Assembly (NCBI RefSeq): GCF_006345805.1
Contig: NC_043008.1
Coordinates: forward strand, 16,864,001-16,928,000
DNA length: 64,000 nt
DNA from: Octopus sinensis
Lineage: Eukaryota
Reading direction: 5' to 3'
Positions 38,740-52,057 of the stretch are shown here, in pieces. The notes beneath the pieces are model-generated. The model saw only the letters and a program-made list of their open reading frames with translations, did not search any database and was not told the DNA's origin. The first letter of the stretch is position 1; every line of letters begins with the position of its first letter. Position numbers and translations under genes: made by a program.

Positions 38740-39365
38740 GTAAAAAGTTTGCTTCCAAACCACAGGGTTGCGAGTTCAATCTGACTGCGTGACACATTGG
38801 TGATGTATCATTTACTTTTGCTTCGGGGTGACCAAAGCCTTGTGAGTCGAGTTTAAAGACTGAAACTGACGGAATCTCGTCTTAAATATATATATATATA
38901 TTATATTAAATTAGAGATAAAACCACTATTAGGCAAATCATACAATGAAAAACTTAAGCCAATACATAAGATTAATTAATTTATATTATTTAAATATATA
39001 TCAAAATTATTAAAAAAGATAATTAATATAACACAACGATCGTTTCATGGCTGTTCAATTCTTAAAATTTTCGAGTTACAGTCATTCTTCAGGTGGTTTA
39101 CATATATAGATATATATATATATATATGTATATATTTACATATATATATGTGTGTGTGTGTGTATCTGTGTTAGTTCCCCACCACAACTTGAGAACCGGC
39201 GTCCGTTTGTTTACACTTCCGTAACCTAGAAATGGAGCACAAGACACCGATAGAATAAGTACAAGGCTCAAAGAAAAAAACTAAGTAATGGCGCAGATTC
39301 GCTCTACTAAAGGTCTTCAAAGCAGTCCCACGACATGGCTGCAGTCAAAGGACTAGAAAAGTAAT
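38740..39365 (+). mobile_element. Old family A SINE split by an insertion in its microsatellite
   Basis: 5' half at 38740-38880 (ACCAAAGCCTTGTGAGT), 3' half at 39140-39365 (CCGATAGAATAAGTAC...CATGGCTGCAGTCAAAGGACT). Confidence 0.75.
39032..39095 (-). ncRNA. Type I hammerhead-like motif (family H4), canonical core with extended stem II
   Basis: Minus strand: CAC-CTGAAGA-ATGACTGT...ACAGCCAT-GAAA-CGATCG-TT-GTG. Stem I CAC/GUG, stem II 7 of 8 pairs, palindromic stem III ACGAUCGU, GUU site. Confidence 0.6.
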
Positions 39366-39409
39366 AAGATATATATAATTATATGTTATTATTATTATTG
39401 TTTTTCGTA

Positions 39410-39660
39410 TTTATATTCGTGTGGCATCGTCCGTTTCTCTGTCCTTGTTTCGTATACATTCGATCCTTTTCCCAAGAAATCTAATGCTCGTAGCTTAGTT
39501 TTTCCTTGGGGCTGGCCGGATCGGAGCGATCTCAAGATTAGTCAGCCGAAATTGCAAGGATGATCCGGTTCTTGACTGAAGATTAGAGGCTTCAAATGAC
39601 CCCTCCGTTTTTTGTGTCGTCTATTTGAATGTTTTGTGTTCTTGTCCCATTTAGTATTTA
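39410..39660 (-). mobile_element. Family E small element, longer copy
   Basis: Homologous to 4815-4968; ends at (TA)n. Confidence 0.8.
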
Positions 39661-40473
39661 TATATATATATTTTATACACACATATATATATATATGTGC
39701 GTGTAATTGTGAGTGATAGAGTGAATGTATATTTGAATGTAAGCATGTATAAATTAATGTTTTGAATTGTGTTACGAAACGAGGAACTAAAATACATACT
39801 CGTGTAACGCATTTCCTTTTGTACAGGTTGTATTGTATTGTAATGCACGGATAAACGCAACGCGTGATAACATACTGTGACAGTCAATAAACGGAATATA
39901 AAGCAATATCCTAAGTATTAATAGAATTTGTTTGAAATGCTTCAAACGCGTTTGAAAGTTGTTTGAATATCCTAAAATTATTAAAAAAGTTCTTCTTAAC
40001 TCGTCTTTTTACACTCAAATATATGTTATTAAACGAAGTGATGTTGAAAGCTATTTCGTATGAGAACTGCATGTGTCTGACACTTTGAATTCTCATGTCT
40101 CATTGTACAACATCATAAATAAAAAAAAGAAATGGAATTCGTCTTTGGCAATTATGTTATGTACAACATAGCAGTCAACAATTTTCTAGGATGCATCAAT
40201 ACACACACACACATACGCACAGATACACACACAGACACAGACACACACAAACACACAAACACACACACACACACACTCACACAGACATACACACACACAC
40301 ATATTGGTGTATCGTATAGTATATTGTCATTTATTTGTTTCTACCATTGGTCCGACTTTATGCGGTGGCACTGCTTTGAATACTATAGTCCAAGAAGTCA
40401 ACACTGGACTGGTACCTATTCTAACAGTACCTTTTGCCGAACCGCTACGTCACAGGTACATAAACAAACAACC

Positions 40474-40704
40474 TGTTTCTTTATTACCCACAAGGGGCTA
40501 AACACAGAGGGGACAAACAACGGCAGACAAATGGATTAAGTCGATTATATCAACCCCAGTACGTAACTGGTACTTATTTAATCGACTCCGAAAGGATGAA
40601 AGGCAAAGTCGACCTCGGCGGAATTTGAACTCAGAACGTAGTGGCAGACGAAATACGGTTACGCATTTCGTCCGGCGTGCTAACGCTTCTGCCAGCTCGC
40701 CGCC
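40474..40704 (-). mobile_element. Family B SINE monomer nested in an older family A remnant
   Basis: Full head to tail; imperfect TSD AACAA(A/G)CAACC; the left flank CTTTTGCCGAACCGCT is family A-derived. Confidence 0.9.
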
Positions 40705-42759
40705 TTATTAACAAGCAACCAACAAGCAGTAGGTAGGCCGAGAAACACAAATCGCACACACACACAGCTTTCGTCTACGAAATCCACGCACATGTGTTTG
40801 GAAGGCCCACAGTAATAATAGAAGAAACTTCCCCAATGTGTCATGCAATAGAGATATGCTGTTAGAAAGCAAACTTCCTTCCACACAATCACATTGTCGT
40901 CTAACAACAAGCAGAAAGACACGAAACCCACCACATGAGAAAACATGTGAGACCCCAGAACGATTATTATGGTAGATTTATTGAATTTATTTCAGCTTAT
41001 TGTTTTGAATCAAATGTTTCTCCAATATTTTGGTAACTAATTTGCTTTATTCATTAAGTTACAAAAAACGCAGCTTAGCATAAAAGTAGAGGCCATCATG
41101 TTGCACCGTCTGTTCTTTGATCCCACGCTTTCACAAGTTCTTGTCTGAGGCGAGAACTGAAGCTTCCACTCACTCCTGGTTGATGAAGCGTCGTGAGCGC
41201 AGTGGGACTGAATTCAGAATCATGTGGTTGAGAAACAAACACACATCCACGCCTGCGACTGAGTAAACACACACATACACAGACACAAACACACACACAT
41301 ACACACACACACATATCACACACAATAAAATTCAAGAGGATAAATTATGGTTTTATCCAACATGTTTCCCTCTCAAATTCACACAATTATTGCAGCGGTT
41401 CTTCAGTTTTCCTAATCAGTTTTTTCTAAGCCCTGTAAAAGAGCTCTGAAATTTAGGCATCCAGTTAGACCTTTCACGACACCCTTAAAACGAGGAAAAT
41501 GAAATTCGCGAAACTCTTCATTCAAAACACCTACGATAGTTTCCAATCATCATGCACCCGTACCTTAAAGATGTGATGTTGCGCACTAAATTGTCCTGCA
41601 TTGTATGACAATTGTGTCTCGTCAGGTGACTTTGCAAAAACTACTTCGTGTTTTTACTTGTCGTTTTGCTTATTTTAAGAATAATACGTCTTAGTTGGTG
41701 TAGCATTCCACGCGTCTTCATAATGAACGGAGATAGAATGCATGATCACTGTCTGAAAAGTAGAGATAACGTGTCACTTGGATCCATATTCCTTGTGAGA
41801 GTATGTACACACACACACATATATATAATTGTTAACGAGGACAAGAAACTTTAAGGTAAGGCAAACGTCTCAAGTCATATACATTATTATTATTCGAAAA
41901 ATATTTCAAAGTCGTGTATATGACATGAGATGTTTGAGTTGCCTTAACGTTTGTTATACTCTTTAACAATTATATATCGGAAATATTCGATGGCTCCTTA
42001 ACTATCGTCTCGGCTCGAACCTTGGATCCTTAGTAATCTGTTATAGCGCTTACCTAGAGTACGTATTTCTTTAGATCACCATTGTCCGACGAACGGGAAC
42101 GTGAAACTCTGAGTAACTGTTTTTTGTGATATGTCTGCTGTTTCATAATAGCGTACATATCTATCTATCTATCTATCTATATATATATATATATATACAA
42201 GCATATACATGTTCAGCTGTATATTTATATATGTGTGTTTGTTATGCACACGCAAATATGGGTGCGCGTAAAGTGCGCTTATGCAGAAGTGTGCATGCAA
42301 TTCTGGTTGTTTAATCTAGTGCATACATGCACTAGTGAACATCATAATAGGAAATTTAGTATGTAAATATTTGATTTAAGTACAGTCGAATAATTTGCAT
42401 ACATTCCACCCACGTGATTCTGTTTGTTTTCTTGACAATCTGGAAGAAAACAGTCGTAAACATATTCAGAAAGATAATTCCTTCCACCACGCAGACGCAG
42501 GCAACCTATACACATACACATATACTTTCACTTATCTTGCTCTCCCATACAAGCATACATACATACATACATACATACATACATACATACATACATACAT
42601 ACATACATACATTTTACAAATATATGTATATATAATTTGATAAGTGCTGCCACAGCACGAAACTCTCGGACCTGGAGTCACGATGTTGCTTCTATTTAAT
42701 ATGAATAAAAATATACATATAATGATATTTCGAGTTCTATCCTTCCTGCTTACATCACA

Positions 42760-42874
<115 letters not shown>

Positions 42875-42889
42875 ATATATATATAGATC

Positions 42890-42951
42890 GCCAGCCACTA
42901 CACATTTTTTATTTTCTCTCCTTGTTTCTTTCTGTGGAAGAGCGTAGGTTG
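42890..42951 (+). mobile_element. Truncated family H1 copy ending inside the hammerhead motif
   Basis: TTTCTCTCCTTGTTTC-TTT-CTGTGGA-A-GAGCGTAGG, then (TA). Confidence 0.7.
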
Positions 42952-43972
42952 ATATATACATATGCATATGAATTTGTCTTGATCCTTTAATATTAGAATT
43001 CCTTTTATAGTTATTAGTTTAATGGATTCCGCATTGTATATATTCAAGCCAAGCAATAATATTGTGTGGGTGAGCATAGGCTGATTATCTCGCTTTATAT
43101 AACTGCCGAGTCTCTTTCACAATACGTACATGGTGGTATTAAAATGCACATACATACTTCCAAACCATCCTGTAATGCGGTCACTCGAGGTCGCACACTT
43201 ATGCATACATACATACATACATACATACATACATACATACATACATACATCCATAAATACATACATACATACATATATACATACATACATACATACATCA
43301 TGCATCCTCAAATACATTCATACACGCACAAGCAAACATAAAGACAACCAGAGACATTCATGCTTCAATTTTTCAGTCAGGGAAGAGAATCCAGCTTTTG
43401 TACGGATGGTGCGCTACATCTTTTATTGATCTCTTATGACACAAAATATACATTGACTGTTCATGCTGTGCACGTGAGGGTGTTACGCTCCCACGATCAC
43501 GCGATAGTGGTTTCAATTCCTCGACTGAATGGTGCGTTGTTTTCTTTAGCAAAATACTTCATTTCACATTACTCTGCGATCGTTTCGACACCCGACGCGT
43601 GGAACACCGGGCAACTGTCCAGGCAACGTTGATTTGATAGACAGAGTTGCGTTCAAGTACAACACATACATCGGATCATTATAAAGAAATCATTTGTGCA
43701 GGTCTTTCGGCAAAATTTGAAAACTCATTTGTCGTCTTCACAGGAGAGTCCATCATATATATAAAGAGAGAGAGAGGTGTATGTGTGTGTGTGCATGTGT
43801 ATATACGATGGGCTTCCTTCAGTTTCTGTCAACCTAATCAACTCACTCAACTCACAAGTGTTTAGTCGGATCGAGGCTATACTGTAAGACACCTGCCCAA
43901 GGTGTCATGCAGTGAAACTAATTTTTTAATTGTCATTGGACTGCGGTAATTCTAAGGCACATACATACATGC

Positions 43973-44062
<90 letters not shown>

Positions 44063-44631
44063 TGTGTATATGTTTGTATAGGGGATATATCACAGAAAGA
44101 AAATTCCGTTAACGCGCAAGTAATTTAGGAATTGGTTTAGCGTCTTATTTGAAGATATGATTATATTGCCGATAAATTAAAATGATTTGTCATACAGACA
44201 TATATCCATAGATATGACGGGTGATAACAATTCCATCGATCAAATCCCGTACATAAAACTATGTACACATACTCAACTTCCGTGCGAAAGAAACACGAAG
44301 TTTTCTTTGGTCGGATTTGAACGTACGACGTTAATGCTCTTAGTCACGAATGTCACGATTTCAATGTTTATCATCTGAGAGGATATTAGATTTAAGCTTA
44401 CTCAGAATAAATCAAATGTACTTGGGATATACTTGCTGTGCTGTGTTGGAGGGAAGCTATGAGGTTATCCAAGTATAACACATTATTATATGAAAGCATA
44501 ATTCATTATTATATAAAAGTATTTTCCATAAGTTATTTCGCTTGCTAACTTGGGAAATAGAATATACATCACATGATTTAATTATCCGTTGTCACCAGAG
44601 GGGTACATTTTGCATATATACATATATGCGT

Positions 44632-44686
<55 letters not shown>

Positions 44687-46302
44687 GGCGTATGTTCTTT
44701 CATTTGTTTCAATCATGTTGGACACACTGATGAAGAGTTTTAGATTCGAATTGACATTAGTTCTTATTTTAAAACCTAATCCTTATTGTACCGGTCTCTA
44801 TTGCTGAACCTGTAAATTACGTGGACATTAACACACCAACAACGGTTCTCAAGTGGCAATGGAGGAACAAACAGATACAAAGCACACACACACACACACA
44901 CGCACACACACACATGGATATACCACAACCTTTTTTCAGTTTCCGACCAAATTCATTGACATGTCTTTGGTCGACTCGCAGCTACAGTAGAAGGTACATG
45001 CCGGTGGTGGCTTGCAGTGGGACTGAAACCCGAATCATTTGGCAGGGAAGCAAGCTTCTTACCACACAGTCACTCCTGCACCCTCGCTTCTTACACGAGA
45101 GAAGGCGAGTGTGAGAGATAGAGAATGAGAGAAAGAAAGAAAGAAAGAGAACAATATTACTTAGACACTTAGGAAGGTTAACTGATATATATATTTCGAC
45201 TCTCCTCTCACTTTATACAGAAGAAGAAACCGGCTGTAAAAGGAAGGTGTATTCACGCTTGCATTCCGTAATTACTTTTGCAGAAGAAACATTTCCTTTA
45301 AAAATTTTTCCTCCCGTGAGACCTTTCTTGAAAACCACAGCGCGTAAATGATAAAAAGGTCAATGTTACTAGGAGAGTAGCTATTAAATAAATGGCGTGA
45401 TCCGAACCACACACACCTATACCGCCATAACCTCATCATTACTTTATCTAGATGCCTTCAGACTAATGTTTTACGCAGTAAGACTTTCTATTTGACACAC
45501 TGTTACAAACTCTGATAAAAACAAGAATATTTTGACAACTATAACACTCATATATTTTATTGTAGTAGTAGTAGTAGAAGTAGTAGAATTAGTAGTAATG
45601 GTGGTGGTGGTGGTGATATTGCTACTGTTGCTGGTTATAATTATGAGTAACTACTTATCTTCAGAGTAAACTCTGAGCATCTTGAAGGTCAAATGTGGCC
45701 CAGTCTTGCCCCCCCCCGTTACATTTCGCCACTAATTAATCTAGCACCTCATTATCTAAAGCCTTTTCCTCCTCCTCCTCCTCCTCCTCCCCTCTTTTTC
45801 GTTTTTTTAAATATTTTCTTCTACTGCTTCTTTCTTTTATTTCTTTTCCCCTCTACTGCTTCTTTTCGTCTTTTCTTTCTTCATCTTGTACTGCTCCTAC
45901 TTCTTACTGCAGCCGAGAAGCGTCTCACAATGCTGCGACAGAAATCTCTAACCACAATCGTAAGCCCTACTCTCATTAGCATTGAAAGTTCTTCCCATCA
46001 CTTTTATATGAATAAAACTCTGATATTGGGGAAGTTTAGCAACAGCAGCAGCAGGTGTATTAGTTTGACGCTCGGGAAGAAGAGAAAGTATTTTGCGTTT
46101 CGTGCCTATGCTCTCCAACAGAAAGGAATAAGAGAAAATAAACAGAGAGAGAATAAAAACAAATTTGTTCATGATAACGTTAAGGGTATGCAAATAAAGC
46201 TGCTACTTAATTATGCCGGCTACCGTCTAATGATACTGACTAGTGAGTCACTTTTTCGCGGTTGCATCATGGTTATACCGATATAATGTAAGATAGATAT
46301 AC

Positions 46303-46731
46303 TAATAATAATTCTAGGATGGAATTTATAAATATTTAATACATTGTTACGCGCGTTTCCAAACCTCACTTGACGTTAACATCAGAGTCCTTATCCTTGA
46401 GATGAACACAGCATCGTCCGAAGTATCCGTGAGTATCCGGTTGATCATCATCATTGATTCATTTCATTAGGCGATACGTCATTATTGGATGAATCACAGA
46501 GGGATGTTTACCCCTTCTTGCCAGTATGAAAAGATAAACATCACTCTGTGATTCATTCAATAATGCCATATCGCCTGATCAAATGAATCGTTGATGATGG
46601 TCAATCGGATGTCCACGGATACTGTGGACTATACTTGTAACCATGCCAAGGATATGGACTCTGATGTCGAAGTCATGTGACGTGTGGAAACGCGCGTAGC
46701 GATTTATAAATTCCATTCTAAAATTATTATA
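46303..46731. repeat. Older fold-back inverted repeat, arms about 200 bp, loop about 23 nt
   Basis: 46303-46510 pairs with 46534-46731 (e.g. TACGCGCGTTTCCA / TGGAAACGCGCGTA and GAATCACAGAG / CTCTGTGATTC). Confidence 0.9.
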
Positions 46732-46941
46732 TGTATGTAAGTGTGTGTGTACGTATGTATGTATATGTATATGAATGCACATATATACGCATGTAGGTAT
46801 GTATCTATATAATTATATAGATATAAGATGCTGTGTGCGTATACACACACACACACTCAGATATGTATATATATATGCATGTATATACTAAAATATGCTT
46901 CTATAATGGACACATTATCCCAAAGTTCAGAAGCTATATAC

Positions 46942-46989
<48 letters not shown>

Positions 46990-46991
<2 letters not shown>

Positions 46992-47165
46992 GTGATCCAA
47001 ACAAGAACAAGCAAGAAAAAACAACAACGTGAGGGCGTGGAATAAGTACAGTGTTATTGGACGCCCAGGAAAAGAAAGACTTCTTCATCAGAAATATAGA
47101 AAAAGTCCAAAGAAGGGAAGACGGAAAAAGAAAATAGCCAACGATACACACGCAGTCAAACACAC
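46990..47165 (-). mobile_element. H1-related small element with canonical CUGAUGA and an apparent deletion of stem II/GAAA
   Basis: AAAGACTT|CTTCATCAGAAA at 47075-47094 aligns to AAGACTT[ttacgtttcgagcctacgct]CTTCGACAGAAAG at about 22917-22956; begins at (TA)n. Confidence 0.55.
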
Positions 47166-47682
47166 ATACCTAAACATAGTGTTACAGCCATACACCCATA
47201 CATAAATGCATATATGCATTATAAACTCCATAAATTTGCGTATGACTAATAGCTTATTTCTTTGTGTGTGATTATGAATATGCATCTACGTATTATATTA
47301 ACTGCACACAACACGTCATCGTTCGATTGAGAGACTAAACTTTATTGTTATGTGCAAACATGTATAGAAATAACATATAGTAATGCATATGTATCCATAA
47401 TATAAAACTATAATGTATGCATAAAATATATATTATGACCAACGTAAATTTGCCTGTGTTTTTTTTTTTTTTTTCACTTTCCTTAGAGTTGCTGAAACTA
47501 GTGAAAGCCTTGGATGAGTAAGAAGGCTGCCAGTAGAAATAAATAAATGTAAATACTAAATTATTGTGCAGAGACATGCTGCTACATGAATTATATTAAC
47601 ACATCAAGTTACAGATCGCACGATCAAATTACAGCTGTGCTGAATGTATATAGAAGAGCGTACAATACAATATATGTGTGTT

Positions 47683-47713
<31 letters not shown>

Positions 47714-47718
47714 TTATA

Positions 47719-47900
47719 GGCGCAGGATTGGCTGAATAATAGGGAGCTTGGTTCCCAACCTCATGGTTCCGAGTTCAGTCCCACTGCATGGCACCACCGG
47801 CAAGTGTTTTCTACTATAGCATCGGGCTGAACAAAGCCTTGTGAGTGGATTTGGCAGATGAAAACTGAAAGAAGCCCGTCGTATATATATGTATATATAA

Positions 47901-47946
<46 letters not shown>

Positions 47947-47965
47947 CTTATATATATATATAAAT

Positions 47966-48020
<55 letters not shown>

Positions 48021-48031
48021 CATACACACAC

Positions 48032-48084
<53 letters not shown>

Positions 48085-48218
48085 GTATATATATAACATA
48101 TATAAATAAAGATATATATATATATATATATATATAGATATGTGTGTGTACATATACATATATGTACACACATATATACATACATATATATACATACACA
48201 GATACATATATTCATACA

Positions 48219-48266
<48 letters not shown>

Positions 48267-48280
48267 TACATATATATATA
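47719..48280 (+). mobile_element. Family A SINE 5' half with its microsatellite expanded to about 400 bp
   Basis: Head to GAAGCCCGTC at 47719-47880, then uninterrupted TA-rich repeat. Confidence 0.85.
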
Positions 48281-48834
48281 TATGTGTGCTGGTTGCAAAT
48301 GTTGGCTAATGCTCAATAAGTTAATATTTAAATTTTTCCCACCGTATCCTGAACTTACTGCAATCAGCCCCAAACAATCTGACTCACCGCAATATCATTT
48401 ACAGATATTGCGGTGGAATGGGGGAAGATTGACAGAATCATTCGAAGATCGCAAAATGTCTTCTGGGATTTGTTGGCGCCATGCATTTTATGTTCTGTAT
48501 TTCGTCCATTTTTACGTTCTGAGTTCAAATTGCGCCGCGGTCGAATTTGCCCTTCATCCTTTCAGAGTCGATAAAATAAGTTACAGTCGAGTACTGGGCT
48601 TGATTTAATTGAAGTATTCCCTCCTCCCACACCAAGACTGCTGGCCTCATGCCAAAATTTGAAACCAATATTGTAATGCAGTGGTGTTATTAAAATAATA
48701 CGTTTATTTATTCAGTCAATTGTTTGAAAATACACCAACACACACACACGCACGCATGTATAAAAATACATGTATATATACATATGCCAATGTATATATG
48801 TGTATGTTTATAATATGTGTGTGTGTGTGTTGAA

Positions 48835-49165
48835 GGCGGCGAGCTGGTAGAAACGTTAGCACACCGGGCGAAATGTCTAGCGGCATTTCGTATGCCGCTA
48901 CGTCCTGAGTTCAAATTCCGCCGAGGTCGACTTTGTCTTTCATCCTTTCGAGGTCGATTAAATAAGTACCAGTTACGCACTGGGGGTCGATATAATCTAC
49001 TTAATCCGTTTGTCTGTCCCTGTTTGTCTCCTCTGTGTTTAGCCCCTTGTGGGTAGTAAATAAATAGGTATTCGTCTGCCGTTATGTTCTGAGTTCGAAT
49101 TCCGCCGAAGTCGACTTTGCCTTTCTTCCTTTCGGGGTCGATAAATTAAGTACCAGTAACGCACT
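48835..49165 (+). mobile_element. Family B SINE dimer (junction at about 49066)
   Basis: Full monomer, then TAAATAGGTATTCGTCTGCC and a second central domain. Confidence 0.9.
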
Positions 49166-49334
49166 TAATGCATATGTGTGCATGTGTGTGTGTGTGTGTG
49201 CATGTGTGTGCATGTAATAAGTATGTATGTGGCTGAGTTGACCTTGGGGGAATATGAACTCAGACAGCAAATAATTTTGAACAAACACCGCAAGGTATTT
49301 TCTCTGACGCTGCAACTTTTGGGCCAATAATAAT

Positions 49335-49571
49335 ACCTATTTCTTTATTACCCTCAAGGGGCTAAACATAGAAGGGACAAACAAGGACAGATATAGGTAT
49401 TAAGTCGATTAGATCGACCCCAGTGCGGAACTGGTACTTAATTTATCGACCCCGAATGGATGAAAGGCAAAGACGACCTCGCCAGAATTTGGACTCACAA
49501 TGTAACGACAGACGAAATACCGCTAAGCATTTCATCCGGCGTGCTAACGTTTCTGCCAGCTCGCCGCCTTC
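49335..49571 (-). mobile_element. Family B SINE monomer with 15-bp TSD
   Basis: TSD TGGGCCAATAATAAT at 49320-49334 and 49572-49586; defines the 3' terminus as AAAGAAATAGGT. Confidence 0.95.
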
Positions 49572-50800
49572 TGGGCCAATAATAATCCCACTAGCACCAA
49601 GAACAACCTAATGCAATATATAAAAAATATATACTTCTTAGTGCGTGTATGCTAGTGGGTGTGTCTGTGTGTCGGTGCGTGTGTTTTTGTGTGCGCATGT
49701 TATTAATATTATTATTGATTTTTTATTGCTTGTTTTGTTTCTGTTTTTTTCTTTTTCTTTTCTAGTGCAGAATATGTCGGTGGTGATAGCGAAGGTTATA
49801 TGTTAGTGGTGATGGTGGCGTGGGGTGGGTATATGGAGATCAATGTTTATGGCGGCGGTGAGGATGGGCATCGTCATCGTAGTGTTAGTAATAGGTGGGG
49901 GTCCGATTATATGTTGATGTTGTTGTTCTTGTTGTTGGTGGTGGTGATGGCGTTATGTTTGTTTTTGAGGTGTTGGTGCTGTATTATTATTATATTTTCG
50001 TTGCTGCAAATCCTTTTTTTCTGAACTGCTGATGGAACATTAAGAAACATTACATTGTCCAGCCATTCTAGTCAAGAACTGAGATGCCTGTTTATTCTCA
50101 AGAATCGTTGTATGCGTAGTTAATTCACAATGGGAGACCTCTCCAAGACAATCTCATAAGCATTTCTTTATACTTTCTAGTAAATGATACCATGATGTTG
50201 ATGTTTACATTTTCTGCTTTGTTTTATTGTTTTGCTATTATAACTTATTTATTTATTTATATTTTGTATGTTTCTTGTTCTTTATCACTGAAGAAATATA
50301 TACCATGGGAATCACAAAGAATTAGGAATAAAAGTCACTGAGTATATAGAAAAGGGTCGTTTTATATATAAAGGTTAATGTTTCTGCATGTGCTGATATG
50401 TGATATAGTCCTATATTTCCTCTTCATGAAAAACCACAGTTCTGGGAGATATGTGAGTCATAGAATGATAAATTTAATGTGGTTTATTTTCCCCATTTCA
50501 TATATCCCTAGGGGAAAGTCGACTCTAATTTCAGTCGTTTCGTGCCCGAGAAAATAACCGCCAGTTGTTAATGCGGTCACTTCAATGCTTTATACTGCGT
50601 CCACTTAGCAAGGAATTGGTTCTGTTCCTACTCAAATACAAAGCAATATTTTCCATATGCCTTTGGGAAGAGATAAGTGACCGATGAGCCGAACCTATAA
50701 AACGATTTTTCGTTCCAACTGAAGTTTCTTTCGTTTGCTTTAACCATTAATGCTCTCAGATAAAAAAAAAGTAACTTACATGAGCAGAACCTCATTCGGT

Positions 50801-50950
50801 TTCCTATTTTCCAAGAATATAGGGAGTTATTAAGAATCACTGAATTTCCAATTTTCCACGAATATGGGAACTTATTAAGAGTATAAGGAATCACTGAATT
50901 TCCAATTTTCCACGAATATGGGAACTTATTAAGTATATAAGGATTCACTG
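50801..50950. repeat. 54-bp tandem repeat, about 3 copies
   Basis: GAATCACTG at 50834 and 50888, GATTCACTG at 50942; core TTCCAATTTTCCACGAATATGGGAACTTATTAAG. Confidence 0.9.
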
Positions 50951-51308
50951 TAAAGAAATTCATAGTTCCCTTGTGCTAACAACTATTTGAAACCTCGCAG
51001 CAGACAAAACTTTGCCAGTAGAAGCTTCGGAATAGTTTCCATGTGCATCTGCACACAGTTACACTGTTAATACGTTAGATGAAGGGATAAGGGTTTTTAA
51101 CCATACTTACTGTTTTTCTGAAACCTGCTGAATTGGAAAAAAACAAATACAAACACAAACACATACATAAACAACTAACTAACTATTTAAATTTTTTTCA
51201 AACAAATCCACTCATAAGGCTTTTCGCAGCCCGACGTTCCAGGAGCAGGCAATTGCCCTAGGTACCACGTTGTGAGATTGAACCCTAAACCTCATAATTG
51301 GGTATATT

Positions 51309-51525
51309 ATTTTACTTGTTTCAGTCATTTAACTGTGGCCATGCTGGAGCACCGCCTTTATTCATGCAAGTCGACCCCAGGATTTATTCTTTGGATGCCT
51401 AATATTCTATCGGTCTCTTTTGCCGACCCGCAAAGTTACGGGGATGTAAACACATCACCATCGGTCGTCAAGCGATGCTGGAGGGGCAATCACAGACACA
51501 CAAACAAACATATACACACACACAC

Positions 51526-51565
<40 letters not shown>

Positions 51566-51850
51566 ATACACACATATATACTTAATGTAGGATAACATTT
51601 TATTTGTCGAAAAAAAAATTTTATCAATGACCAGCATATTAAAAAATACCTTTAAAGGTTAAATTTATAAAGGGCTCTTACAAGTTAACCCTGAAATCGG
51701 CCCGATATGGTAATAATGGGATTTTTTAGAAATATCTGCCGACCTTTTTGGGAGCAGCGTGCGTTCTGTGAAAAATTATAATGGTTATGGACAATGTCTT
51801 ATTTTCGGCATATGGCATTAGAACATTTTTCCGTTTGCCCTCATTTATAA

Positions 51851-51903
<53 letters not shown>

Positions 51904-52057
51904 CGACGGGCTTCTTTCAGTTTCGTCTACCAAATCCACTCACAAGGCTTTGGTCGGCCCGAGATTCTAGCAGAAGACACTTGCCTAAGGTGCTGCGCAG
52001 TGGGACTGAACCAGAAACCATGTGGCTGGTAAGCAAGCTACTTACCACTCCTGCGCC
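51309..52057 (-). mobile_element. Family A SINE split by a roughly 290-bp insertion in its microsatellite
   Basis: 3' half at 51309-51520, 5' half at 51890-52057, unrelated AT-rich insert at about 51570-51860. Confidence 0.8.

Noticed and set aside
44727-44760. CTGATGAAGAGTTTTAGATTCGAAT
   Set aside because: It lies within a decayed family A SINE, has GAAT instead of GAAA, and lacks stems I and III.
45693-46286. 197-aa ORF
   Set aside because: The N-terminal half is (CCT)n and T-rich low complexity; no recognisable domain.
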